Assembly: GCA_040767805.1 (NCBI GenBank)
Contig: JAXGNU010000001.1
Coordinates: 32,001-96,000 of the forward strand
Origin: Thermovirgaceae bacterium
GTDB lineage: Bacteria; Synergistota; Synergistia; Synergistales; Thermovirgaceae
DNA: 64,000 nt
Direction of reading: 5' to 3'
The notes under the pieces were generated by a model. The model did no database searches and had not been told where the DNA came from. It saw only the letters and a list, made by a program, of their open reading frames with translations. The position numbers and the translations under genes were made by a program. Each line of letters begins with the position of its first letter. The first letter of the stretch is position 1. This document shows positions 42,026 through 51,262 of the stretch, piece by piece.

Positions 42026-43021
42026 TCACGACTTGACAATACCAAAGGGGGTTTTACAGCGAGGGCATGCCCCGTCACCGGAAAGATGGGTTTTCACCCT
42101 CCCGGAGTGATCCCTTTCTATGAGAAGTGCTCCACAGGCGGGGCAGAAGGTATTCTCCCTGCGTGGCAGGTTCCCGGCGTAGACATGGTCGAGAGCCCTC
42201 GAGGCTATCTCCTCCCGCGCCTCGATGTCGGACAGGGCTGTGGGTGGCCGGTCCCAGTGGTAAGCCGGGAAGTACCTCGATATATGAAGGGGAATCCTCC
42301 TTGAAAGGCCGGCGATCCAAAGCACCATACTTTCAAACTCTTCCAAGGAATCGTTGACCCCCGGCACGACGAGGTGGGTTATCTCCACGTGGACCGATCT
42401 TTCGACGGCGATCCTTACCGTGCGCAGCACCGGGTCAAGGGTTCCTCCGACCTTGGCGTAGGAGCGGTCGGAAAAACCCTTCAGGTCCACGTTCATGGCA
42501 TCTACCTGGGGGATGAGGTCCTCCAACGGTTTTTGGGATATATAGCCGTTGGTCACGAGGACGACCCCTCGGCCCGCCTTTTTCAGCGCTTGGGAGGTAT
42601 CTTTGACGAACTCGTACCATACGGTGGGTTCGTTGTAGGTGAAGGCCACCGACGGGGTGCCCCTTTCCTCGGAAAGGCGGAGCGCCTCCCCCGGTGTGAT
42701 CTCGGAAAGGCCGGCGACCGTTTCAAAACGGGAGAGGTGGTAGTTCTGGCAGAAAGGGCAGAAAAGGTTACAACCCACCGTTCCCAGGGAGAGGATGCTG
42801 CTGCCGGGTTTCCAGTGATAAAGTGGCTTTTTCTCGATGGGGTCCACGGCGACACAGGCCAAACCGTAATTCAGGGTGAAGAGGGCTCCCGCGACATTCT
42901 TCCTGACACCGCAGGCCCCAAGGTCGCCGGGCCGAATAAGGCACTCCCTGGGGCAAAGAAGACAGCGGACTTCTTCTCCGGCGGCCGTCCAGAAAAGAGC
43001 GGGCCTTTCCATGGTTAACAA
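42026..43021 (-). CDS. amrS: AmmeMemoRadiSam system radical SAM enzyme
   Basis: CLLCPREC, DPIEKKPLYH, GCNLFCPFCQN, FTYNEP, C-terminal CPAC/CPRC. Confidence 0.95.
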   Translation of the reverse strand: MLTMERPALFWTAAGEEVRCLLCPRECLIRPGDLGACGVRKNVAGALFTLNYGLACVAVDPIEKKPLYHWKPGSSILSLGTVGCNLFCPFCQNYHLSRFETVAGLSEITPGEALRLSEERGTPSVAFTYNEPTVWYEFVKDTSQALKKAGRGVVLVTNGYISQKPLEDLIPQVDAMNVDLKGFSDRSYAKVGGTLDPVLRTVRIAVERSVHVEITHLVVPGVNDSLEEFESMVLWIAGLSRRIPLHISRYFPAYHWDRPPTALSDIEAREEIASRALDHVYAGNLPRRENTFCPACGALLIERDHSGRVKTHLSGDGACPRCKTPFGIVKS

Positions 43022-43593
43022 TTCCTCTCCAGGTCGGCCTCTGAAAACCGGCTCACCTTAAACCGGGATATGACGACCCCCTCCCCTCGCCCAATCCCCG
43101 CTTTCCTCATGGCGATGGAGATCTGCCGCTCCACGGTGTCCACGCCTTCCAGGTCGGGCAGGAGAACCCCTTTTCTCCCCCCCCTCTCGACGATCACCCC
43201 GTAAAGGGAGGGGTCAAGGTCGGAGAGGTCTTCGATCGGGGCAGGTTCATCCAGGATATCCACCGAAACGAGGCATGCCGCCGTCTCGCCGGGCTCGAGG
43301 GGGGGAAACCTTGGGTCTTCCGAGGCGGCTGCCCGGGCGTTGGCCACGATCTCTTCCCAGAGGTTCTCCCGGACGGGACGGACGGTTCCGATGCACCCCC
43401 TCAACTCACCAAGGGGGCCCTTTTTTATTGATACGAAGCAACCTCGCCTCACGGTCATTTCCGGCATCGCGCAGTATTTGCCCCTATCGATATAAAGAAA
43501 GGGGTCCAGCCTGGAGGCCGTCAGGCAGACCGCTCTCTTCGCCAGGAGGACATAGGGGTGAGGACTGGGCCTTTCACCCCTGGGGGCTCCCAT
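43015..43593 (-). CDS. amrA: AmmeMemoRadiSam system protein A (AMMECR1/RAGNYA domain)
   Basis: GCFVSIK...LRGCIG, AASEDPRF, GVLLPDL, KAGI; ATG overlaps the amrB TGA; GGAGG RBS. Confidence 0.93.
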   Translation of the reverse strand: MGAPRGERPSPHPYVLLAKRAVCLTASRLDPFLYIDRGKYCAMPEMTVRRGCFVSIKKGPLGELRGCIGTVRPVRENLWEEIVANARAAASEDPRFPPLEPGETAACLVSVDILDEPAPIEDLSDLDPSLYGVIVERGGRKGVLLPDLEGVDTVERQISIAMRKAGIGRGEGVVISRFKVSRFSEADLERNC

Positions 43594-44402
43594 CAGGACA
43601 CCTCCCCCAAACACTCCAGGAGCGCGGAGGCGTAGCCGACGCCGAAAGGAGCCTCGTAGGACAGGAACCTGACCTCATCGCCCATGGAAAGCCCTATAAG
43701 CGCAAGCACTGATCGCAGTCCGCACTCGCCGGCGTTCTGAATGACCGCCCCTGGAAGATTGAAAATGGGGTCCGGCGACGACGCCTGGAGAGCTTCCACG
43801 ATCGACCGGTCGAGCACTTGCCCGTCAGGGTGAAAACCTGAAGGAGCGCTCTTTGTCAGCCTGTGGGAGAGGTCCCCGCTCGCGAGAAGCCCCCATCTCT
43901 TTTCGGAAGAATAGCCCCTTAGGAACCTCCCCAGTTCGAAGGCTTGCCTGTAGTCCATCGTCACGGGGTTGACCAGTACCATGGAAGGAATCGTGCCCAG
44001 GAGTGGGAGTAAGAGGTGGAGCGACACAACCGCGGCGTAATCCAGGTCATGCACGCCGGGCCTGTAGATCCTCGAAGGGAAGTGGGGTTGAAGGTACGAA
44101 AAAAGCCTGTCGCCCTCCTCCCCCGCCCCCGGCAAGGATAGGGATACCGAACGGGCCCCGAATTCGCCCAAGTCTCCCACGAACCGGTCAGCGTTGACAA
44201 AGGTCAAGGTCCTTTCGGTAGCGGCATGAGGGTCGAGGACCAGGAGGAGGTCGGGAGCGAGTCTTTTAAGGCTTTCATCCAGGGACTTCAAAGCCTCAAG
44301 GGTTTTCCCGGTCTGGGCTCCGGACCTTGCCGCCACTTCCGGGACGAGGATCGGTGCATGGGGCAGAAGGAAGCCCATCGTCCACAAGGCAATCCCTCCC
44401 AT
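43593..44402 (-). CDS. amrB: AmmeMemoRadiSam system protein B-like (Memo/LigB class III extradiol dioxygenase fold)
   Basis: PHAPILVPE, DPH, ASGDLSH, AGECG, YEAPFGVGY. Confidence 0.85.
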   Translation of the reverse strand: MGGIALWTMGFLLPHAPILVPEVAARSGAQTGKTLEALKSLDESLKRLAPDLLLVLDPHAATERTLTFVNADRFVGDLGEFGARSVSLSLPGAGEEGDRLFSYLQPHFPSRIYRPGVHDLDYAAVVSLHLLLPLLGTIPSMVLVNPVTMDYRQAFELGRFLRGYSSEKRWGLLASGDLSHRLTKSAPSGFHPDGQVLDRSIVEALQASSPDPIFNLPGAVIQNAGECGLRSVLALIGLSMGDEVRFLSYEAPFGVGYASALLECLGEVS

Positions 44403-44534
44403 AAGTTTTCCAAAAGGCTCTTTTCATGTATTATGACAGCAGGAGTCGTTTTTTTCCATCAGGACACCACACTTTCAAGGAGCGTCCCCTCGATGAAGCA
44501 AAGCGGGATGGCCCCGGGGAGATAGGAGGGTCTG

Positions 44535-44963
44535 GTGAAAAGGGTCAGCCGGCAGGAGGGATTCTCCTCGATAATGGAGATGATCTCCGAGATCGAGGAA
44601 ATGGTTGAACGTTTAGGTTACCCGCAAAGGGTGCCCGGGGGGGAAGAATCCCCCAAAGGGCCTGTGTCCTGGGCGGTGGCCAATGTCCTGTCGCTGCCCC
44701 TATCCCAGGCCGCCAGGATTCTCCTGATTTCGTCCCTTCTCGGGAGCGACGGCCGTGACGTTGATTGTCGCTTCAACGAACTCGCCTCTCTTTCCGGCCT
44801 TTCCGAGAGGACGGCTTACAGGGCTCTCAAGGAGATAAAGGAATCGGGCTTCTTCGAGATACAGGTTACCCCGGGCAGCGGCGTCAGGATATCGGCTGGG
44901 TGGTTGTGGGATGAGCCCAGGGAAAGGGCGAGGGATTTCTTCCAGAAAGCTGCCTTAAGATAG
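44535..44963 (+). CDS. Small winged helix-turn-helix protein
   Basis: AGGAGG RBS before GTG; ELASLSGLSERTAYRALKEIKESGFFEI HTH pattern. Confidence 0.7.
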   Translation: MKRVSRQEGFSSIMEMISEIEEMVERLGYPQRVPGGEESPKGPVSWAVANVLSLPLSQAARILLISSLLGSDGRDVDCRFNELASLSGLSERTAYRALKEIKESGFFEIQVTPGSGVRISAGWLWDEPRERARDFFQKAALR

Positions 44964-44980
44964 ATCCCTGGACGGGCCTT

Positions 44981-46078
44981 TCAGAGAATGATCATGGCGT
45001 CCCCGAAGGAAAAGAAGCGGTATCGCCTTTCAATGGCTTCATTGTAAGCCCTCATGACGAGTTCCTTCCCGGCGAAAGCGCAGACCAGCATGAGCAGGGT
45101 GCTCCTGGGAAGGTGGAAGTTCGTGATCATGGCATCGATGACCCGGAACCGGTAGCCGGGGTAAAAAAAGGCATCGGTGCTGAATGAACCCGGTATCACC
45201 CCGCCCTCCTCCGTAACCCGGCTCTCAAGGGCCCTCACCACCGTTGTGCCCACGGCTATGACCCTGCCTCCCGCTTCTTTCGTCTCCTTGACAGCCAAAG
45301 CTGTATCACCGGGGATTGAACATTCCTCGATGTGCATCCTGTGCATCCTGATGTCCTCTTCTTCGACGGGCCTGAAGGTTCCCAACCCCACGTTCAAGGT
45401 TATCCTGGCCAACCTGATCCCCCTGGACGTGATCCCTTCGACCAGGTCCGGAGTGAAGTGCAATCCCGCCGTCGGGGCGGCCACCGAACCCTCCCGCGTC
45501 CCGTAGACCGTCTGGTACCTCTCGGGATCGATGAAAGGGTTGTGTACGTAGGGAGGAAAGGGCATCTCGCCGGTCTCTTCCATTAGGCCCCAGACGTCGG
45601 TACCCGGGGGAAAGCGACAGATCCTTGCGCCCTGACCGCACCCCTCCCCGATAACGATCTCGATTCCGCCGTCGAGGATCAAGCGCTGTCCTGGTTTGAC
45701 CCGCCTACCGGGCCTGATGAGGGTTTCCCAAAGGACGGACCTCTCCCCCTCCAAGGGCCTGAGAAGGAAAACTTCGACCCGGGCGCCGCCGCCTGGCTTT
45801 ACTGCATGCAGGCGGGCCTTGACAACCCTCGTGTCGTTCAGTACCAAGAGGTCCGTCCCCTGGAGGTAACAAGCGATCTCCCGGAAGGTCCGATGCATGA
45901 TCGTGCCCGAGTTACGGTCCACCACCATGAGCCTCGACGAATCCCTGGGCTCCGCCGGGGTCTGGGCGATCATGGATTTGGGGAGGGTATAATGATAAGC
46001 ACTGGTATCGAAGGGGTTTTCGACCCCCACGGGAGGCCCTTCGGGTGGGGTCACCCCCTCTAGGTACCGCCTATCCAT
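44981..46078 (-). CDS. queA: S-adenosylmethionine:tRNA ribosyltransferase-isomerase
   Basis: IAQTP...SRL, NDTRV, RYQTVY, AAPTAGLHFT, TNFHLPRS, YRFFSFGDAM. Confidence 0.98.
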   Translation of the reverse strand: MDRRYLEGVTPPEGPPVGVENPFDTSAYHYTLPKSMIAQTPAEPRDSSRLMVVDRNSGTIMHRTFREIACYLQGTDLLVLNDTRVVKARLHAVKPGGGARVEVFLLRPLEGERSVLWETLIRPGRRVKPGQRLILDGGIEIVIGEGCGQGARICRFPPGTDVWGLMEETGEMPFPPYVHNPFIDPERYQTVYGTREGSVAAPTAGLHFTPDLVEGITSRGIRLARITLNVGLGTFRPVEEEDIRMHRMHIEECSIPGDTALAVKETKEAGGRVIAVGTTVVRALESRVTEEGGVIPGSFSTDAFFYPGYRFRVIDAMITNFHLPRSTLLMLVCAFAGKELVMRAYNEAIERRYRFFSFGDAMIIL

Positions 46079-46079
46079 C

Positions 46080-47462
46080 TCAATCGGACGTCCTGGATAG
46101 TACTGTGCCGGGGAAGTAATGTTTTAGGATCCTTTTGTAATCCCAGCCGGCTTCCGCCAGGCTTTTCGCGCCCCATTGGGAAAGGCCCACGCCATGGCCC
46201 CACCCCCGGCCGGTGAAGGTGACCCTGCCGCCGGTGAAGGACTGGACGGGTGAGGAGGCCTTCACTGGCGCGACTACCCCACTCTGCTTTTCCAGGGCTT
46301 TTCTCAGGTAAAAACCCCTTCTATGGGGTTTGATGAGCATATCCATTAACTCCTCGGTATTGAATACACCCTGTTGGGTGAAAGCGATGAGCATTTGTTC
46401 GTCCTTCGGGGTTAAAGGAGGGCTTTCTTGACCCCCAGACCCAGGAGCGCTAAGGGGTACGGTGGCCGGAGCACCCGGAGGATTCCCACCAATAGTGAAG
46501 AAGGTGCTCCTTATCCTGTCGGGCCCGATCATTGTCCTGAACTGGCTCGCCTTTATGGTGGTCTGGCCTCCCGTCCCGGTCAAGGTGAGGTTCACCGCGC
46601 GGCCGGCGCTGTCCTTGGAGGAAACGGCGATGCCCGTCAGGTTCCCTACCCTGACCCCCTTCGAGGCCAGGATCCCCTGTATTTCGGAAAGGGCCATGGA
46701 AGTCTGCCAGTTCGAGTAAGGAGACTGGTACTTCTGGGGCTCCGGCTTCCCTACCAGGTAGGGAATGCTCGAACCCCATACGGAGGAGACGTCGGCGGTG
46801 TGGCCGCCGCTGTCAGCGTGGTAAAAGGTGGCGGCGTAAGCCCCCTGGTACTTCAGGACAATGCCCCTGGTCAGGTCCACGGCTTTTGAAAGGACCGGGT
46901 CCTCGGCATTGACCCCCCTGTAAACCTGGCAATGGTTCAGGGCGCAGAGGTCAAAACCACCGCTTCCGTGCCGGTTTTTGTTTCGCAGGGCATAGGTTCT
47001 AGCGATTATGGCCTGAGCTTTCAAGGATTCCAGGGGCCAGGCGGGGTTCACTTCCATCTTCAGGACGCCCTTCAGGTAATCCTCGATGCCCAGAACGTTG
47101 ATCACGTTGAACGCCCCGCCCTGTTGGGCCAGCTTGAAGTGGCCGCGGTAGGGCCTGTTATTCCATTTCATCAGGGCGTTGCCGCTGATGATCACGGGAA
47201 GCTTCAGCTTCACGGAACCGGCGCGGATGACACCCGGGGAGACGGCTTCTATCGAAACGCTCGATCGGAAGGAAGCCTTGCCACCGGAAGCGCTCTTGAG
47301 GGAGACCTGGCCGCCGGGGGCGGAAAAAACGGCCTTGCCGGCACCCACGGACAGCCCCACCGAAACGGTCGTTGGGGAAGCCTGGGCGGAAAGGGGCGAA
47401 AGCAAAAGGATTATGGCCGCGAAAAAGGACGCCGTGAACATCCTTGAAATGGGATTAGTCAT
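46080..47462 (-). CDS. SpoIID/LytB-domain lytic transglycosylase
   Basis: Signal peptide; YLKGV..E, LKAQAIIARTY, CQVY, GRGWGHGVGLSQWGA, ILKHYFPG. Confidence 0.93.
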   Translation of the reverse strand: MTNPISRMFTASFFAAIILLLSPLSAQASPTTVSVGLSVGAGKAVFSAPGGQVSLKSASGGKASFRSSVSIEAVSPGVIRAGSVKLKLPVIISGNALMKWNNRPYRGHFKLAQQGGAFNVINVLGIEDYLKGVLKMEVNPAWPLESLKAQAIIARTYALRNKNRHGSGGFDLCALNHCQVYRGVNAEDPVLSKAVDLTRGIVLKYQGAYAATFYHADSGGHTADVSSVWGSSIPYLVGKPEPQKYQSPYSNWQTSMALSEIQGILASKGVRVGNLTGIAVSSKDSAGRAVNLTLTGTGGQTTIKASQFRTMIGPDRIRSTFFTIGGNPPGAPATVPLSAPGSGGQESPPLTPKDEQMLIAFTQQGVFNTEELMDMLIKPHRRGFYLRKALEKQSGVVAPVKASSPVQSFTGGRVTFTGRGWGHGVGLSQWGAKSLAEAGWDYKRILKHYFPGTVLSRTSD

Positions 47463-47492
47463 GAGGGCTCTCTCCCTTCCCGGTTTTTCCTG

Positions 47493-48560
47493 TCATTTCG
47501 GTTCCCCCGTCCCTTCATCTATCAGTGCCAGGAGGCCCTGGTCGTTCAACGCATCCCCGGGGGGTCTCCTCCCAAGGCGGGAAAAACCGTTTACCGTGGC
47601 CCTTCTTCCCCTTGGAGTCCTTTCAATAAAACCCTTCTGGATAAGGAAGGGTTCATAGATATCTTCTATAGTCTGGCTTTCCTCGTTCAGGGCCGCCGAT
47701 AGGGTGGAAAGCCCGACCGGGCCTCCCCCAAACAGGTCTACCAGGGCCCGGAGGTACCTCCTGTCGCGCTCGTCCATGCCTTCGGAGTCGACGCCCAGCA
47801 TCTCCAGGGCGGTTTTGGCAAGTGCCAGGTCTATCCCTGGGGCGCACCTGACTTCGGCCACATCGCGAACCCTCCGTAAAAGCCGTAGCGCCACCCGGGG
47901 GGTGCCCCTGGCGCTTTTCGCGATAGCCAGGGCGGCCTCGGGATTTATCGTCACCGAAAGGAGCCTGGAGCCCCTGGCGACGATCTGGGAAATATCCTCC
48001 GGGGTGTAGAGCTCCAGTTGTTCGACAATGCCGAACCTCGCCCGCAACGGGGAAGTGAGCAGGCCCAGGCGGGTCGTGGCGCCGATGAGGGTGAAGGGGG
48101 GTATCTGGAGCCTGATGTTCCTGGCGAGGGGCCCCTTCCCAACGATGATGTCAAGGGAAAAGTCCTCCATCCCGGGGTAGAGAACTTCTTCGATAGCCGG
48201 CGAGAGGCGGTGGATCTCGTCGATAAAAAGCACATCCCGGGGTTGGAGGTTTGAAAGGATGGCAGCCAGGTCACCGGTCCTCTCAAGGGCGGGTCCCGAT
48301 GTGACGCGGAACTGCCCCTGCATCTCGTTGGCGATGATGCCTGCAAGGGTCGTCTTACCAAGCCCGGGAGGCCCGTAAAACAGGCAATGGTCGAGGGGCT
48401 CGCCTCTTTTCCGGGCGGCCTGGATATAGATCTCCAGCTTGCTTTTGAGCTCGTTCTGTCCTATGAACTCGTCGAGCCTCGCTGGGCGGAAACCCGAAAG
48501 TTCCTCTTCCGGTCCCTCGCTGTCCATAACAGGGTAGATATTATCGTCCTGATCCCTCAA
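47493..48560 (-). CDS. ruvB: Holliday junction branch migration helicase RuvB
   Basis: [31 protein letters not shown]...RTPRGR. Confidence 0.99.
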   Translation of the reverse strand: MRDQDDNIYPVMDSEGPEEELSGFRPARLDEFIGQNELKSKLEIYIQAARKRGEPLDHCLFYGPPGLGKTTLAGIIANEMQGQFRVTSGPALERTGDLAAILSNLQPRDVLFIDEIHRLSPAIEEVLYPGMEDFSLDIIVGKGPLARNIRLQIPPFTLIGATTRLGLLTSPLRARFGIVEQLELYTPEDISQIVARGSRLLSVTINPEAALAIAKSARGTPRVALRLLRRVRDVAEVRCAPGIDLALAKTALEMLGVDSEGMDERDRRYLRALVDLFGGGPVGLSTLSAALNEESQTIEDIYEPFLIQKGFIERTPRGRRATVNGFSRLGRRPPGDALNDQGLLALIDEGTGEPK

Positions 48561-48569
48561 AGGAGCACC

Positions 48570-49172
48570 TCAACTTTTTCTCAATTCGCCCAGGGCGTCG
48601 CGAAGAAGCTGTTCAGGACCCTCCGGGTCTTTTAGCGCCAGTATCTTCGCCAAGGCGGGCCTGGCCTCGCTCCGGGTGAAGCCCAGGGAGCTGAGGGCTT
48701 CGTAAACGAACTGGACCGTATCAGCCGACTCGGGGGAGACCGTTGAGACGAGGCTCTTGAACCCGGAGTGTTCTATCTGTTGGCGGAGTTCGAAACAGAG
48801 CCTCTCCGACGTCTTCTTGCCCACGCCGGGGACCTGGCACAGGAGGTGGCTGTTACCGGTGGCTATAGCGTTTATTATGTCGCTGAAGTCTAGGGTCCTC
48901 AGGATCGTCGTGGCCAGGCGGGGCCCGATGCCCCTGACCTTGAGGAGAAGCTGGAAGAGCACCCTCTCCTCTTCGTCGCTGAAACCGAACAGCAAGGGCC
49001 CCGATTCGCTGACCTGGAGGGAGGTGAGGACTTTCATCCTTTGACCCGAGACGGCGTCCCTCAACACGCTCTTGGAGCAAAGGAGAAAAAAGCCCAGGCC
49101 GCCCACTTCCAGGTCAATACCATCGGGCGATATGCCGGAAATAACGCCTTCGAGGCTGTGAAGCAAGGTCAA
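48570..49172 (-). CDS. ruvA: Holliday junction branch migration protein RuvA
   Basis: LFGF, GIGPRLA, VPGVGKKT HhH motifs, ALSSLGF. Confidence 0.96.
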   Translation of the reverse strand: MTLLHSLEGVISGISPDGIDLEVGGLGFFLLCSKSVLRDAVSGQRMKVLTSLQVSESGPLLFGFSDEEERVLFQLLLKVRGIGPRLATTILRTLDFSDIINAIATGNSHLLCQVPGVGKKTSERLCFELRQQIEHSGFKSLVSTVSPESADTVQFVYEALSSLGFTRSEARPALAKILALKDPEGPEQLLRDALGELRKS

Positions 49173-49672
49173 TCACCACTCTTCGTCTTCATCCGGAAAC
49201 CCGACATAGCCAGCCCGGTGACGGCAATGGCAAGGGCATCGGCGGCGTCGTCCTGGCGGGGAATGCTCTCAAGTTGCAGGATCCGGAAGATCATTTTTTG
49301 GACCTGTGACTTTTCCGCCCGGCCGTTACCGCAGACGGCCAGTTTCACTTCCGATGGTTTCGGTTGGACCACCGGGATCCCGTGCCTCGCGGCGAGAAAA
49401 AGTACCACGCCCCTGACCTGGAAGACGTTCTCCGCCGTCGTGGTATTCCTTCCGAAAAAAAGACGTTCCACCGAAAGCAACTCGGGGTTGGTCCGCTCGA
49501 TCAGGGGACACAGCCCTTCATGGATCTGGAGGATCCTCGCCTCGACCGGGGCCCTGGGGTCCGTCATTATGCACCCGAACTCACCGGCACTCAAGATGCT
49601 CCTTTCCTCTATGGCAATCCCGTAACCGAGCCTTCCCAAGCCAGGGTCTATCCCGAGACAGGTACGCCGCAT
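49169..49672 (-). CDS. ruvC: Crossover junction endodeoxyribonuclease RuvC
   Basis: LGIDPG, VERLFF, GNGRAEK, DDAADALA. Confidence 0.98.
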   Translation of the reverse strand: MRRTCLGIDPGLGRLGYGIAIEERSILSAGEFGCIMTDPRAPVEARILQIHEGLCPLIERTNPELLSVERLFFGRNTTTAENVFQVRGVVLFLAARHGIPVVQPKPSEVKLAVCGNGRAEKSQVQKMIFRILQLESIPRQDDAADALAIAVTGLAMSGFRMKTKSGD

Positions 49673-49677
49673 CCCGA

Positions 49678-50430
49678 TCAGCCTGCTATCTCTTCCATGA
49701 TCTCATCGGGTATATCGAAATTAGCGTATACGTTCTGCACATCGTCATGTTCCTCCAGGGCCTCAAGGAAGCGGAGCAGTTTTTCCGCCTCTTCTCTCCC
49801 CGTCACGGGTACCGTGTTCTTCGGGAGGTTATCGATCTCGAAACCTTCGACCACGTACCCTGCCTCCTCGAGAGATCCTCTTACCGAGGACATGGCGGCG
49901 GGCTCGCAGTAAATCGAGTAACCTTCCCCGTTGTCCTCGAGGTCATCAGCCCCGGCTTCCAGGCACACCGCCAGGAGTTGCTCCTCATCCAGGTCCTTCC
50001 CCGATACCCTGATCACGCCTGTGCGTTGAAAGATCCAGGAGACGCAACCGGCTTCCCCCAGGGAACCTCCCGACCGGCTGAACAGGAAGCGCATCTCCGA
50101 GGCGGTCCTGTTCTTGTTGTCCGTCAGCGCCTCCACCAGGACGGCGACCCCTCCGATCCCGTACCCCTCGTAGGTGATCTCGTCATAGTTGACGCCTTCC
50201 ATGTCACCGGAGCCTTTTTTTATCGCCTTTTCTATGGTATCCACCGGTACGTTGGCCGCCCTGGCGCGCTCGATGGCTGATTTAAGGCGGGTGTTCATTG
50301 CGGGGTCGGGTCCTCCCTCTTTGGAGGCGACCATCACGGCCTTGATGTACTTCTGGAACTCCTTACCCCTCTTTGCGTCCTGGGCAGATTTCCTATGCTT
50401 GATATTCGCCCATTTTGAATGTCCTGCCAT
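49678..50430 (-). CDS. yebC: YebC/PmpR family protein
   Basis: MAGHSKWANIKHRK, YEGYG, TDNKNRT, DDVQNVY. Confidence 0.98.
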   Translation of the reverse strand: MAGHSKWANIKHRKSAQDAKRGKEFQKYIKAVMVASKEGGPDPAMNTRLKSAIERARAANVPVDTIEKAIKKGSGDMEGVNYDEITYEGYGIGGVAVLVEALTDNKNRTASEMRFLFSRSGGSLGEAGCVSWIFQRTGVIRVSGKDLDEEQLLAVCLEAGADDLEDNGEGYSIYCEPAAMSSVRGSLEEAGYVVEGFEIDNLPKNTVPVTGREEAEKLLRFLEALEEHDDVQNVYANFDIPDEIMEEIAG

Positions 50431-50436
50431 CGTTTT

Positions 50437-51198
50437 TCACCCCTGTTCAACCCAACTACCCTTCCCGATCAGGCAGGCCGGCGGGAAAACCCTCTTATGA
50501 GAGGTTCGCTCGATAGCCCTTTCGATCACTTCGAGACTTCCGGGCGATGCCGTGCCGGTGGCCAAGTACCTGTCGATCTCTGAATAACTGACTCCCATCT
50601 CGCCCTCGTCGGTCTGGCCGGGCCAGAGGCCAGCTGAGGGAGGTTTTTTTATGATATCCGGAGGCACTCCGAGTTCTTCCGCTAACTGGTTGACCTCGCC
50701 CTTGAGAAGATCGCCCAGGGGGAGCACGTCCACTCCCGAATCGGCGTGCTTTGTGAAATAACCCATGGCCATTTCCGCCTTGTTAGTCGTTCCGCATACG
50801 AGAAGCCTTTTTTTTTGGCCCAGGCAATAAAGAGTTGTCATCCTGAGCCTGGGTTTGACGTTGGAGAGATGGATCCCGTCCCCCTCTGTTATTTCAACGG
50901 GGAACGAACCAACGAGGGCGTCATAGACCTTGCCAAGGTCAACCCTGATCCAGGGGAGGTCGAAGGCTTCCACCACTTTCAAGGCGTCCAGGTGGTCTTC
51001 CTCAGCGCTGTGACAAGGCATCATGACCGCGAGCATCCTGTCGCCGCAGACCATCTTCAGGAGGGCCGCGACCACGGCCGAATCTACGCCGCCGCTCAAC
51101 CCCACTATCCCTCCGGATCTCCCGGAGTCGAGGATCTGTTTCTTCAGCCAGGAAGAGATGGTATTCACGAGGAAAGCAGGGTCGCGGTAATAATCCAT
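50437..51198 (-). CDS. nadE: NAD+ synthetase (single-domain, NH3-type)
   Basis: GLSGGVDS, NVKPRLRM, GYFTK, KPPSAGLWPGQTDE. Confidence 0.96.
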   Translation of the reverse strand: MDYYRDPAFLVNTISSWLKKQILDSGRSGGIVGLSGGVDSAVVAALLKMVCGDRMLAVMMPCHSAEEDHLDALKVVEAFDLPWIRVDLGKVYDALVGSFPVEITEGDGIHLSNVKPRLRMTTLYCLGQKKRLLVCGTTNKAEMAMGYFTKHADSGVDVLPLGDLLKGEVNQLAEELGVPPDIIKKPPSAGLWPGQTDEGEMGVSYSEIDRYLATGTASPGSLEVIERAIERTSHKRVFPPACLIGKGSWVEQG

Positions 51199-51262
51199 GA
51201 GGCCACGCTCCGTAAGACCTTTTTTAGGATCGCTCCAACAATAATTCTAACACAGGCTTTCT

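Noticed and set aside
43591..43595. Frameshifted AmrB-AmrA fusion (pseudogene)
   Set aside because: The clean TGATG overlap with a GGAGG RBS indicates two translationally coupled genes.
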